Source: Candidatus Poseidoniaceae archaeon (GTDB lineage Archaea > Thermoplasmatota > Poseidoniia > Poseidoniales > Poseidoniaceae). Taken from it: DNA of 38,714 nucleotides. The position numbers and the translations under genes were made by a program. The notes beneath the pieces are model-generated. The model was not told the origin of the DNA. It saw only the letters and a program-made list of their open reading frames with translations, and did no database searches. Location of the stretch: NCBI GenBank assembly GCA_949538025.1, contig CATISI010000210.1, positions 1 through 38,714 on the forward strand, read 5' to 3'. Shown here one piece after another: positions 19,201 through 26,440 of this stretch; the first letter of the stretch is position 1, and every line of letters starts with the position of its first letter.

Positions 19201-19588
19201 CGCCTGCGGCCGTGTGGATGCCCATACGTACTTCACCGAGGTCATTCATCCAGCAGAGGTAACTCGAACCGTTTTCTGCTAGGTAGACGCTAGGTGTACT
19301 CAAGTTGCTCATCGTTCCTTCAACGAGAACGTCGCTCATCCACATATCGATGGATGAATCCGAGCGAACCAACAATTCGGACATACCTTCCACATCGATG
19401 GTTTGACCAGCAAGATTGTGCCCGTGCTCGAGGTTGCTTGGAAGTGTCAAATCGACAAGGTTCATTTCGTATAGAACTGCCTCTTCAGTCGCCGTTTGGA
19501 TACCGAGTGGAGCCATCAATTGGACCAACAGAAGTAGGACGAGTCCAAACGAAAGGACCGATTTACAAAGCGTCCGCTCCCTGCGCAT
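13238..19588 (-). CDS. Giant (2116 aa) single-pass surface protein: beta-propeller repeats, 7 FG-GAP repeats, TSP type-3-like Ca-binding repeats, TM helix, acidic and Pro/Gly-rich cytoplasmic tail
   Basis: N-terminal signal peptide; GD(L/F/V)N.DGY.D repeats; many D.D.DG..D..D.CP repeats; hydrophobic GGIVFIGGILGGIVVLLLLTMMIV followed by RLRNR. Confidence 0.9.
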   Translation of the reverse strand: MRRERTLCKSVLSFGLVLLLLVQLMAPLGIQTATEEAVLYEMNLVDLTLPSNLEHGHNLAGQTIDVEGMSELLVRSDSSIDMWMSDVLVEGTMSNLSTPSVYLAENGSSYLCWMNDLGEVRMGIHTAAGVFSHSLIDTVSTTHGLIGCSVVADESYRPLALFGDGANLKMARMAFQGQVYTTDTWLKRTIVEDLFPESMTLRLTEDGNEFAVVRTSSGELWQVNNSGLRWYHSLLDIGPVGDEIELKMDQNGVANIAYTRSGEAVRLQVDGDLRTEQILARDSSVHSAIGLDLDLNGLAQVATTSFDSTQTGLSIFKSLEDQSTGRLSSESMNVHQLYPDVKEGAAGYGDFNEDGFDDVVFTQPTASDSGLVNNGRVTVLFGGDESFDSSAPVVLSGIQTSELFGSAIVIGSFLGNGMTQLVLSSPGFDNTSRIGEQNHGRVSMYEWNQTQFDLVWNTTGNHEEMLGTDVSLLDDLNGDGYDDVIALQGNWSDETSTGRLSVFEGSSDGLSLSHNITANTSGPFFGRSMSSGGDLNGDGYGDVVVSNSGTEDSPVGFSAIEVFYGSVDGLSSSSDKSIQRLASGQLFGTVVEIIDDINNDGMDELLVQEFSPTGAPLYSGTVHMFMGNTSENFSEIPDWTSQGEGNERFGWMFAPAGDVNDDGYADTFIGSGTSFTPSGQINLYLGSADGFATAVETIRTGSPTDHLGLVTLGGFDSNADGAIEFVYSTRNATRGTDYGVDMITASKQDFDTSQFTFQGKMSGLKLTTSNRGETAMMFSLNASSSHSLIHLEHVDDGSPGGSWVTETLATDSLPFQFQFDVSASGQPKLVVLDNAIGYTHHTTTSWTSLHQEVRTFNDFGTYPASTIDANGDLHMVYSHPTIEKMYYSTEAESGWSHSEIFSNANLSSSPSLWFDGADMHILYRDSNLDRLERVTKSGSTWSTATELESGDAVGVEHVTLQVPSGPTLVATTVNNSGVHELQILDIDNDVSTSLTNFSDGASQLAMCIDTNHTVALLSLDSNGVLVVHERNATTEAWSNVSMQQLSHSTGNDLSCTQHGSSLIFAVQSATDSLYERNSSGHWSSFGGQLFSQAGGAWSLVSNGPGVLLMTTTPTTNTLRINTLHLDGRSEDRSIWSSHEMKNVFTNTNFSSSVDSNGTIVIGYYDTLDLDVEMLRLYADADRDLVFDRIDAMPNLGEQWEDADMDGFGDNPTGPLSDDCPAASGISYFFLQGCDDYEQDGFADDIDSCDTNKGRSVYDRFGCPDYDEDGWSNNDGTWVNGDRFQQNWKQAKDTDGDGIGDNYGVDCCDAIFGPSGAVETSPGDKFPYNPRQYKDFDGDGYGDNESDTLTGDYCPWDYGTSYRDRNGCPDSDGDGASDANNIGGINWGIDQGADKWPDDPTQWADTDGDGYGDNGTIGATNPDFFPYNIAAADDNDSDGYPDRWTSSYNGTNGQGLVLDGCPGVYGTSMNPTPGCPDSDNDGWANTDDDFPLDPTQFLDYDGDGFGDNSTGNNADECPFQFGVEDGTDGKGCPLVSADDEDGDGVFDGIDLCPETPVFETVDGNGCSEFQIDDDSDGVSNGDDLCPDTQINFVVDENGCSELQNAFDSDDDGVNNSVDLCPDTDIFWIVNPGNIDSNGCAPNQLDDDGDGVTNNNDGCPDTEPGLPVTPRGCFVEGLLELDIDGDGYFGAYTFDIDPETGLRINQQGDAFPLDETQWSDIDGDGFGDNYPDVSMNSSINPRFAGTYVPGANQSDFCPTVNGSSSLDVLEIGCLDDGDGWADEFGRDKFPGDATQWNDSDGDGYGDNWGDPTWNASRDSEWPGIFVEGASTPDKCPDSPTTNVDDEGCSKSERDTDQDGISDLLDNCPEQPKGPDGYEDGCPLPASKTDDGDNNLLGIIPVFDGALGGIVFIGGILGGIVVLLLLTMMIVRLRNRGYDFDDDDDDDDFFDDDDDDDDFFSSFQSKPMPSRSTPAPQSQPSTGGPSGGPPPSRGPSGPKRGPPGGSRAPSSGPPGRGSPGKTQPAPASKPARRTPVSKADEAEPSEATGPQKKVRRARIEVDMSLFEEWQADDRDAAVEWVVGELGEGEQERTLLMQLQGTGWSAQQSRAIYDMARNQQ
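13718..13777. repeat. Perfect 30-bp tandem duplication (2 copies) encoding DDDDDDDDFF x2
   Basis: GAAGAAATCGTCGTCATCGTCGTCATCATC at 13718-13747 and 13748-13777. Confidence 0.95.
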
Positions 19589-19696
19589 AAATACCTTAGA
19601 ACACTCAACGTTCTAAACCATTGTCTGCATTCGACTCATATTTGATTCATTCAAAGCGACCCATGAGGTCAAGAATGGCTTCAAAGTAGGAGTCTC

Positions 19697-20320
19697 ATGT
19701 CGAAGGTGCTCATCGTTGCAAATGGTGAATGGCCAAAGCAAATTGATGTTGCACATCGTGCTGAAACTTATCGAGTGGTCATCGCACTCGACGGTGCTGC
19801 AAACCGATTAATCGAAAGTAACACGACTCCGGATGTCCTTTTGGGCGATCTTGACAGCGTTTCTGAATCGGTTCTTCAGCATTGCAAGGTATGTGGCGTT
19901 ACCATCGTGCATACACCTGACCAACAGAGCAGTGATATCTCCAAAGGATTGGAATGGGTTCAGAGAACATATCCAGATTCGGAAGTTGATATCATTGGCG
20001 TTGAAATTGGACGCTATGACCATCACCTTGCTGCTTACTCGGCTTTGTTTGAGTGCAACAGTGATGCAAGGATTCTTCTCGATGGTTGGCATGCTCACCG
20101 AGTCTCGCAAACGCCAACCAAGATCGAGACGAAGCCAAGTTCGGTCATCAGTTTGATCCCGTTTGGAGAAGTTACTGGCACGACCATCACAGGTTGCCAG
20201 TTTTCGCTCGATTATGAAACGTTGACCACTGGAACAAGAGGTATCTCCAACATAGCCACTGGACCCTCAATCACCGTTTCGGTAGAATCAGGAGATTTGC
20301 TACTGCTCATCATGAGGTGA
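19697..20320 (+). CDS. Thiamine pyrophosphokinase (thiamine diphosphokinase)
   Basis: IVANGE, IALDGAAN, PDVLLGDLDS, DQ.SSD..KGL, GRYDH, ISLIP and RGISN motifs. Confidence 0.92.
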   Translation: MSKVLIVANGEWPKQIDVAHRAETYRVVIALDGAANRLIESNTTPDVLLGDLDSVSESVLQHCKVCGVTIVHTPDQQSSDISKGLEWVQRTYPDSEVDIIGVEIGRYDHHLAAYSALFECNSDARILLDGWHAHRVSQTPTKIETKPSSVISLIPFGEVTGTTITGCQFSLDYETLTTGTRGISNIATGPSITVSVESGDLLLLIMR

Positions 20321-21175
20321 TGGCGGTAATGCGCCTCGAATGAAGGCACTGTAATCGCTTTCACCATCCCAATCTTGGGCATATCGGTCGATTCTTGCTT
20401 TCTCCATCGTCGCCTCTAGTCCGCCCCAATCCTCGATCAGGTTCAATTTCAACGCAGCCTTGGGTGTGTATCCTGGCAGGAAATTGCGCCAAAGAAACGG
20501 AATACGGCCAGGAGTAACAGCGTTCACGGCATTGACGATGGATGTGTTGCACGTCTTGAACAGAGTATGATAGAATTCAGGCCGTGTTGCAAGCTGATTC
20601 AATCGATGCGTCATTTGAACGATCATCTGTCGTTCCTTATCGGGTGGTGTAATGACACGATACATTGAGACTATGTTGTTGCGTCCATGCGTTCGGAGTT
20701 GGGTCACATCGCGTTCAAAGCCAACGAGGAGATAGAGTTCATACGAGCGCCATAATCCAGTCCATGGATGGTACCTCTTGCCACGCTCACGTCGAGTTTC
20801 AAACGAGAAAGAAAGACAGGTCCCATCGAAGAATTCGAACGTCAGATAAGTATGCGACATACCTCGAAAGGCGTGGAATTGGTCAACAACGAACCATATG
20901 TGCTTGACCTTGGTTGAATCAACCGTGACTTCATCAGCCCACTTTTCATCTCGATCTCTCGTCGTTCGCCAATGAAAGTCACGAACGTTTCGGAACGTGA
21001 TCATCGAATCGTTGAATACTGCACTGGTTGTATATTCACAATCTGCGGCCCAGTCTGCATGCAACTTGGGTTGTCGAGGGCGAACACGCGTCCACCAAAT
21101 CCGAACGCCGTTGAGGATGAGCAGTCCAATGAAAGCGCCCAAACCAAGGAGAAGATACTGTAGCCAGTCTGCCAT
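20300..21175 (-). CDS. DUF4105 / Lnb-N-like membrane-anchored protein
   Basis: N-terminal TM helix; NVRDFHWR, SHTYLTFEF, SFETRRE.G..Y, YEL..V..ERD, PEFYHTL.KTC motifs; GGTGA SD before ATG 21175. Confidence 0.8.
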   Translation of the reverse strand: MADWLQYLLLGLGAFIGLLILNGVRIWWTRVRPRQPKLHADWAADCEYTTSAVFNDSMITFRNVRDFHWRTTRDRDEKWADEVTVDSTKVKHIWFVVDQFHAFRGMSHTYLTFEFFDGTCLSFSFETRRERGKRYHPWTGLWRSYELYLLVGFERDVTQLRTHGRNNIVSMYRVITPPDKERQMIVQMTHRLNQLATRPEFYHTLFKTCNTSIVNAVNAVTPGRIPFLWRNFLPGYTPKAALKLNLIEDWGGLEATMEKARIDRYAQDWDGESDYSAFIRGALPPSPHDEQ

Positions 21176-21179
21176 CGTT

Positions 21180-22466
21180 TCACCAACGTTGCCAAATGTT
21201 GTAGGCTGAATCCCACCAATCGAGTGAACCGTCTGGATGTTTTCTCCAGAGTTGACCCTCATCGTCGAGGACGGTCGGCAAGCCTTGAGGATCTGGAGAG
21301 CCATCGTTGAGGATTTGAGGCGCTGGGCCAAGTTCAGGCAAGGTCAGCAACTCATCGTCTTCTCGTATTCGAACAAGCAGGACAAATACGACGATTGCAA
21401 CAATGAAACCGAGAACTGCAATCGTATACCAACCAACTTCCTCGGTTGGTGTTTCATCCCCGAACGATTGGCTCGGCAGAGCTTCCTGCTCTTGTGGAGT
21501 AAGTTCAGCAGCTGGGAGACGAACGATGTTCACGGCTTGGGTGCTGGCGATGTTCTCTAGGTTGGTCACTTTGAGAACCACAAGATGGACGCCTGCTGGA
21601 AGTGCCGAGCAATCGTACACTGGTCCATTAGTCATCGCCGATGCTGTCGAGACGTCCCATTCCTTGGTGTAAGGCGTGAAATCCTCGTTGGAATTTGTTG
21701 GTTGTACGGCAATCAGACACGATCGGTCCGTGGATAAACCGTCACCGGTGACCACGAGTTCAAAAGTAGGTGCAGGTCGATTTTCAATCGTTAGATTCAA
21801 CGACGCTTCAGCCGTTTGACCAAGTTCGTTACGATAGGTTTCACGAAGTGAGTACTGGCCTGCTGGCCAAGAAGAGCAATCGATGCTTGTTGCATTATCG
21901 AGTACAATGAACGGTGCACCGGTGAAGGTTAGGGTCCCAAATGCACCGTATCGCGGCCCTGTTTCATCCATAAACAACCGGTTGATTTCACAATTCGAAC
22001 CCGTTTGCAAATTGCTCTGGCCAGTGAACTGGAGAGAAATCATCGGCGTCTGGAGAGCAGGGACCATCTCGTAACTCGGCAGAGATATTGTTGATATCTC
22101 AACGCCGTTCATATCGTAAAACCCGAGAGCAAGGTCATGAGAACCTCGTGACCAAGCATCGTAGGTAAGACTCACATTCGACTGACCAACAATCTCGATG
22201 GTTGTTGATTCAACGACTTCTCTATCGTTGTGTGTAGCGATAAGACGAACGTCAACAATGGTCGATTCAGTCGTTGAGTTGAGGATAACAACAACCCGTA
22301 CAGCATCGATGTCACCATCTTGGTTCAAATCAAGTGTATCGTTGCGAAGTGCAACCATTGTAATTCCCGCCTCCTCAAGCCCAAGGTCCGCTTCTGCACT
22401 GACCTGCCCAACACTGAGCATAGGTACAACAAACAGCAGAACCAAGACCATGGCTATCCTACGCAT
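21180..22466 (-). CDS. Secreted/membrane-anchored protein with beta-sandwich-like repeats, C-terminal TM helix and Trp-rich cytoplasmic tail
   Basis: Signal peptide MRRIAMVLVLLFVVPML after a GGAGGTGA SD; DLNQDGDID Ca-loop; TM GWYTIAVLGFIVAIVVFVLLV; tail WRKHPDGSLDWWD...WQRW. Confidence 0.75.
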   Translation of the reverse strand: MRRIAMVLVLLFVVPMLSVGQVSAEADLGLEEAGITMVALRNDTLDLNQDGDIDAVRVVVILNSTTESTIVDVRLIATHNDREVVESTTIEIVGQSNVSLTYDAWSRGSHDLALGFYDMNGVEISTISLPSYEMVPALQTPMISLQFTGQSNLQTGSNCEINRLFMDETGPRYGAFGTLTFTGAPFIVLDNATSIDCSSWPAGQYSLRETYRNELGQTAEASLNLTIENRPAPTFELVVTGDGLSTDRSCLIAVQPTNSNEDFTPYTKEWDVSTASAMTNGPVYDCSALPAGVHLVVLKVTNLENIASTQAVNIVRLPAAELTPQEQEALPSQSFGDETPTEEVGWYTIAVLGFIVAIVVFVLLVRIREDDELLTLPELGPAPQILNDGSPDPQGLPTVLDDEGQLWRKHPDGSLDWWDSAYNIWQRW

Positions 22467-24993
22467 CGTTTTCACCTCCTGGCGGAGGAGGGAGTGGTAT
22501 TGCCAGTTCAGGTAATGCCATCTCAGTAGAATTGGACGATGCAAGAGGTTCAGACGTATCATGCAATGCAAGAAGATCTTCTGTCAAGGTTTTCTCGTCT
22601 TCAGAACGCATCGTTCGAACAACAAGTGCTGCCGATGCTCCGAGAATGAACGAAACACCGACGATGAGATAGGTCAACCACGATGCTGCAGGGTCCTCAC
22701 CCATGATGGCAAGAGCAGCATTCCATTCTCCGTACTCGTTCGACCAACCATCGCCGTTGTTGTCCTCGCAACCTTGTACGTCTCGCGTCGACGTTCCAAA
22801 CACTTCAGGACAGTCATCTCGTAGAGCACCGAGGGGTACATCACCAAATCCATCACCATCGCTGTCTTTCCATTGCAGGGCTTCTGTCGGGAATGCGTCC
22901 GCTGAACCATACGGATGAGCATCCCATCCATCGGTTGGGTCAGACCAACCATCACCATCTGTATCTCGGCAACCCAATCGATCGAGGATCGAAGTTCCGC
23001 GGATGCTTGGACATGCATCTGCCTCATTTCCATCGACTTCGTCACCGTAGCCATCACCGTCTGTATCTCGCCATTGTGTTGGTTCGTGAATGAACGCATC
23101 ACCCAGATTCGACCAACCGTCACCATCTGTATCAGGGCAACCCCAGCGGTCGCCTCCTGAACTTGGACCAACAGATGTTCCAGGTTGGGATGGACAAACA
23201 TCAGCGGTAGTGCCTGATGGGTTGTCCCCTCGGCCATCACCATCACGGTCATGCCATTGAGTTGTATCCTCTGGCCAAGCATCCGCTGTACCACCCGGAC
23301 TGGCGAGCCAGTACGGTGTGGGGTCTGACCAACCATCTTCATCAAAATCTGGGCAGCCCCATCGGTCAAATGTCGATAGCCCAAAGGTGGTCTTGCATCC
23401 ATCACCACGGTAGGCAAGGCGCCATGCTTGACCATCGAAATATTCCATGTTATCTCCAAACCCGTCATTGTCGGTATCGTGCCATTGTGAAGCATCGTTC
23501 TGGAAGGCATCAGCAAACCCTTGCGGGTGCGCAATCCAATCATCGGTTGGATCGGAATATCCATCCTTGTCGACATCTCGACAACCGAGTCTGTCGAAAC
23601 GTGATATCCAGCCACTTTCAACTTCCTCAGCGTTGGAGTTCATACAGACATCGCCTTCAAAACCAGTAAGATTGTCACCATATCCGTCACCGTCAGTATC
23701 TCGATACTGGCTCGGTATCATCGGGAAATCATCGATTTGTGTGGCTCCATAGGTTTGATTATCGCCCCAACCATCAAAATCAGTATCTCGAAATTGGGTC
23801 GGGTTATCTGGGAAATCATCGATAAGATTGGCACCTTCTGATTGGTTGTCACCGTACCCATCAAAGTCACGATCACGCCATTGCGTTGGCTCGAGTGGGA
23901 ACGCATCGGCACCATCGGCTGCGGTCCAGTTCTCACTGGGGTCGGACCATGCATCCCCGTCCGCATCAGGGCAACCGTATCGATCGGCGAAAGAGATACC
24001 AAGGATGAACGGGCATGCATCGGGTTGGTGCGCCGTTTCAAGCCATTGGCCGATTCCCCACTCCAAGTGGGTTTGGTTCCACATAGGATCGTCCCAGTTG
24101 TCGCCGTAACCGTCTCCATCTGTATCTTGCCACTGTGTTACCTCAAGCGGGAACGCATCAGCTAAACCATTTGGGTGCGCATACCATGGTTCAAGCCCAT
24201 TAAGTCCGCCGGGGTCTGCATCGGAATAGGAATCTCCGTCAGAATCTATGCAACCATATCGGTCAGAAGTTGAATATCCACGGTTGTCTGGACAGTGGTC
24301 TGGTTGGTTACCGAGAATGTTATCGCCGTAACCATCGAAATCACGATCACGCCATTGTGTTGCATCGTTTTCGAAAGCATCCGCACCGTTCTGTACGTCC
24401 CATCCTGCGTCGGTATCAGACCAACCGTCTGAATCGGTATCGATGCAGCCCTGTCGGTCGTTTGTTGACGTACCGACGATTAAATCACATTCATCATCAG
24501 AGTCAACAAAGCCATCCTCATCGGTGTCTCGGTCGGTCTTGTCTATGGAGGCGAGAAGCGTGTAATCAAAGCCGTCGTTGCACCAAGAATCTTTTCCTTT
24601 GATTTTGACGTAGACGTACCCTGCTTGTGACATGGTCTTCGACAACGTTCCAGATGGGTTGTCGTCGCTTCGTCCCATGGTTGCAACTTGAGAACCTGAT
24701 TCATCGTGCATCGAGTAATCACCTTCCCAACCATCGCCAGGACACCACCAAGCTGCGTTGCTCATTGAACCTGAAAAGGCGATACTAACGATGTCTCCTT
24801 TGTATGCATAGATACGCCACCAATCCGTTCCATCGTTGGGCGAGCACCCATCTGGATCGCACACATAACCGTTGGACGAAACGCCATCGGTGAGCAAATT
24901 TGAGGAGGCCTGTGTATCATCGGCATGAACCGATGGCACCATGGAAAGCACCATGAGAGCAAACATGCCAATAGCGATGCTACGCCCGAGCAT
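22459..24993 (-). CDS. Membrane-anchored thrombospondin type-3-like repeat protein with N-terminal PPC-like beta domain
   Basis: Signal peptide; DWWRIYAYKGDIVSI (PPC-like); about nine DAFP.D.TQW.D.D.DG.GD and GC.D.D.DGWSD repeats; C-terminal TM helix; PLPPPP tail. Confidence 0.85.
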   Translation of the reverse strand: MLGRSIAIGMFALMVLSMVPSVHADDTQASSNLLTDGVSSNGYVCDPDGCSPNDGTDWWRIYAYKGDIVSIAFSGSMSNAAWWCPGDGWEGDYSMHDESGSQVATMGRSDDNPSGTLSKTMSQAGYVYVKIKGKDSWCNDGFDYTLLASIDKTDRDTDEDGFVDSDDECDLIVGTSTNDRQGCIDTDSDGWSDTDAGWDVQNGADAFENDATQWRDRDFDGYGDNILGNQPDHCPDNRGYSTSDRYGCIDSDGDSYSDADPGGLNGLEPWYAHPNGLADAFPLEVTQWQDTDGDGYGDNWDDPMWNQTHLEWGIGQWLETAHQPDACPFILGISFADRYGCPDADGDAWSDPSENWTAADGADAFPLEPTQWRDRDFDGYGDNQSEGANLIDDFPDNPTQFRDTDFDGWGDNQTYGATQIDDFPMIPSQYRDTDGDGYGDNLTGFEGDVCMNSNAEEVESGWISRFDRLGCRDVDKDGYSDPTDDWIAHPQGFADAFQNDASQWHDTDNDGFGDNMEYFDGQAWRLAYRGDGCKTTFGLSTFDRWGCPDFDEDGWSDPTPYWLASPGGTADAWPEDTTQWHDRDGDGRGDNPSGTTADVCPSQPGTSVGPSSGGDRWGCPDTDGDGWSNLGDAFIHEPTQWRDTDGDGYGDEVDGNEADACPSIRGTSILDRLGCRDTDGDGWSDPTDGWDAHPYGSADAFPTEALQWKDSDGDGFGDVPLGALRDDCPEVFGTSTRDVQGCEDNNGDGWSNEYGEWNAALAIMGEDPAASWLTYLIVGVSFILGASAALVVRTMRSEDEKTLTEDLLALHDTSEPLASSNSTEMALPELAIPLPPPPGGENDA

Positions 24994-25015
24994 GTTTGGC
25001 CATAACACATGCGGG

Positions 25016-26425
25016 TTAAGAAGAACGCGACGATGAGTTGAATCGCCCTAACGCATCACGTAGGGCCGATTCAAGGGATTCATGTTCGAATCGATATCCT
25101 GATTCTAACAAACGCTTCGGATGTACTTTTTGCCCATCCAATATCAGAGATTTCCCCATCTCACCAAATAGGATTTTCATAGTGAAACCGGGGACAGGAG
25201 CGAATGCGGGTCGGCGAAGGACCTTGCCGAGTGTCTTGGCAAATTCCTTCTGTGTCACTTGGTTAGGAGCCGTCAGATTGTAGACACCTTCCGCATCCTC
25301 TTGATTCATGAGGTGGTGTATAGCATAGATTTGATCATCGAGGGAAATCCAAGACTGCCACTGCTTACCGCCTCCAATCGGGCCAAGTGCGCCCATCTTG
25401 GCAATTGGAAGAATCTGTTTGAGCATACCACCGGCAGCTGTTGTAACGATGCCTGTTCGCATGATAATGGTACGGATTCCAGCACTCGATGCAGGAATTG
25501 TGGCGTCCTCCCATTGCTTGCAAATTTTGGCAAGGAAACCATCACCAATGATGCTTGTTTCGTCCAATTCCTCATTGCCTCTGTTATCGTAAAAGCCTAC
25601 TGCAGAAGCGCACATGAACACACCCGGAGGCGATTCAAGTGCAGCGAGGGCCTTCGAGAGATTTTCTGTTGGAACAGAACGGCTTTGAGCAATCAAATTC
25701 TTTCTCTTCTTGCTCCATCGCTTGTCACCAATTCCTGCGCCAGCTAAGTGAACAACGATGTCGAAGCCTTCCAGAGAACCTTCAAGGATTTCTCCGGTTT
25801 GATCGTTCCATCGGACGATGTTGTCTGGATTCTGATCTGCATGCAACTTCGTTGAAGGTCGGAGAAGACGATGGACATCATGTCCATCCGTTTCAAGGAA
25901 AGCACCTAGTTGAGTTCCAATCAATCCGGTCGAACCACTGATGAGGATACGGCGCCGAGGAGCATCCTTGAACATCTGCTGACGAGTGAGGTCTGCAAGA
26001 ATCCTTCGAGTTCGATGTTTGAACATCGTCCGAACACGAGGCATGACCATGATTGGAGCACCAATTCTTGAGAAGAAATGAAACGGTAGTTTCCAATCGA
26101 TCTTGTCCTCAATGGTCATCTCGTGATCTCCACCATCAACAAACTTGTGAACGTGATTCCAACGTGCAAAAGGCCCTTTGATGGAATCGTCACAGAATTG
26201 CTCGCCTTCGATGTAGCTGTGGTGTTTGGCAACCCATCGTTGTGGCACGATACCAATGCTCATTCGAAATTCAGTGACTGCACCATCGGTAATTCCTCCG
26301 ACTTGTACCGGGCGAATGCCTTCCCAATCTGGCATAATGCGGCGTACTGCACCTGGACGTGCGTGCCAGTTCCATACAGTCTGTCGAGAAAATGGAAACG
26401 TCGCATTGTGTTCAAAAATCGGCAT
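25016..26425 (-). CDS. TIGR01777-family NAD-dependent oxidoreductase fused to an N-terminal SRPBCC/START-like domain
   Basis: N-terminal VWNWHARPGA..R, F.D...GPF..W.H.H; ISGSTGLIG Rossmann motif; HLAGAGI..RW, ASAVGFY, GFLA.IC..WE, RTGIV, G.QWQSWI, LRRPA..PVP. Confidence 0.92.
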   Translation of the reverse strand: MPIFEHNATFPFSRQTVWNWHARPGAVRRIMPDWEGIRPVQVGGITDGAVTEFRMSIGIVPQRWVAKHHSYIEGEQFCDDSIKGPFARWNHVHKFVDGGDHEMTIEDKIDWKLPFHFFSRIGAPIMVMPRVRTMFKHRTRRILADLTRQQMFKDAPRRRILISGSTGLIGTQLGAFLETDGHDVHRLLRPSTKLHADQNPDNIVRWNDQTGEILEGSLEGFDIVVHLAGAGIGDKRWSKKRKNLIAQSRSVPTENLSKALAALESPPGVFMCASAVGFYDNRGNEELDETSIIGDGFLAKICKQWEDATIPASSAGIRTIIMRTGIVTTAAGGMLKQILPIAKMGALGPIGGGKQWQSWISLDDQIYAIHHLMNQEDAEGVYNLTAPNQVTQKEFAKTLGKVLRRPAFAPVPGFTMKILFGEMGKSLILDGQKVHPKRLLESGYRFEHESLESALRDALGRFNSSSRSS

Positions 26426-26440
26426 GCGCTTCACCTAATG

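Noticed and set aside
21176-21331. Long N-terminal extension of the DUF4105 ORF
   Set aside because: Overlaps the upstream gene; the GGTGA SD supports ATG 21175
22674-23621. 315-aa alternative-frame ORF inside the TSP3-like gene
   Set aside because: Met/Thr/Val-rich shadow of GAT/GGT/GAC codon repeats; no recognisable motifs
13950-24560. Repetitive DNA resembling a CRISPR or repeat array
   Set aside because: Repeats are degenerate, in frame and protein-level (TSP3, FG-GAP); no identical repeat-spacer structure or cas genes
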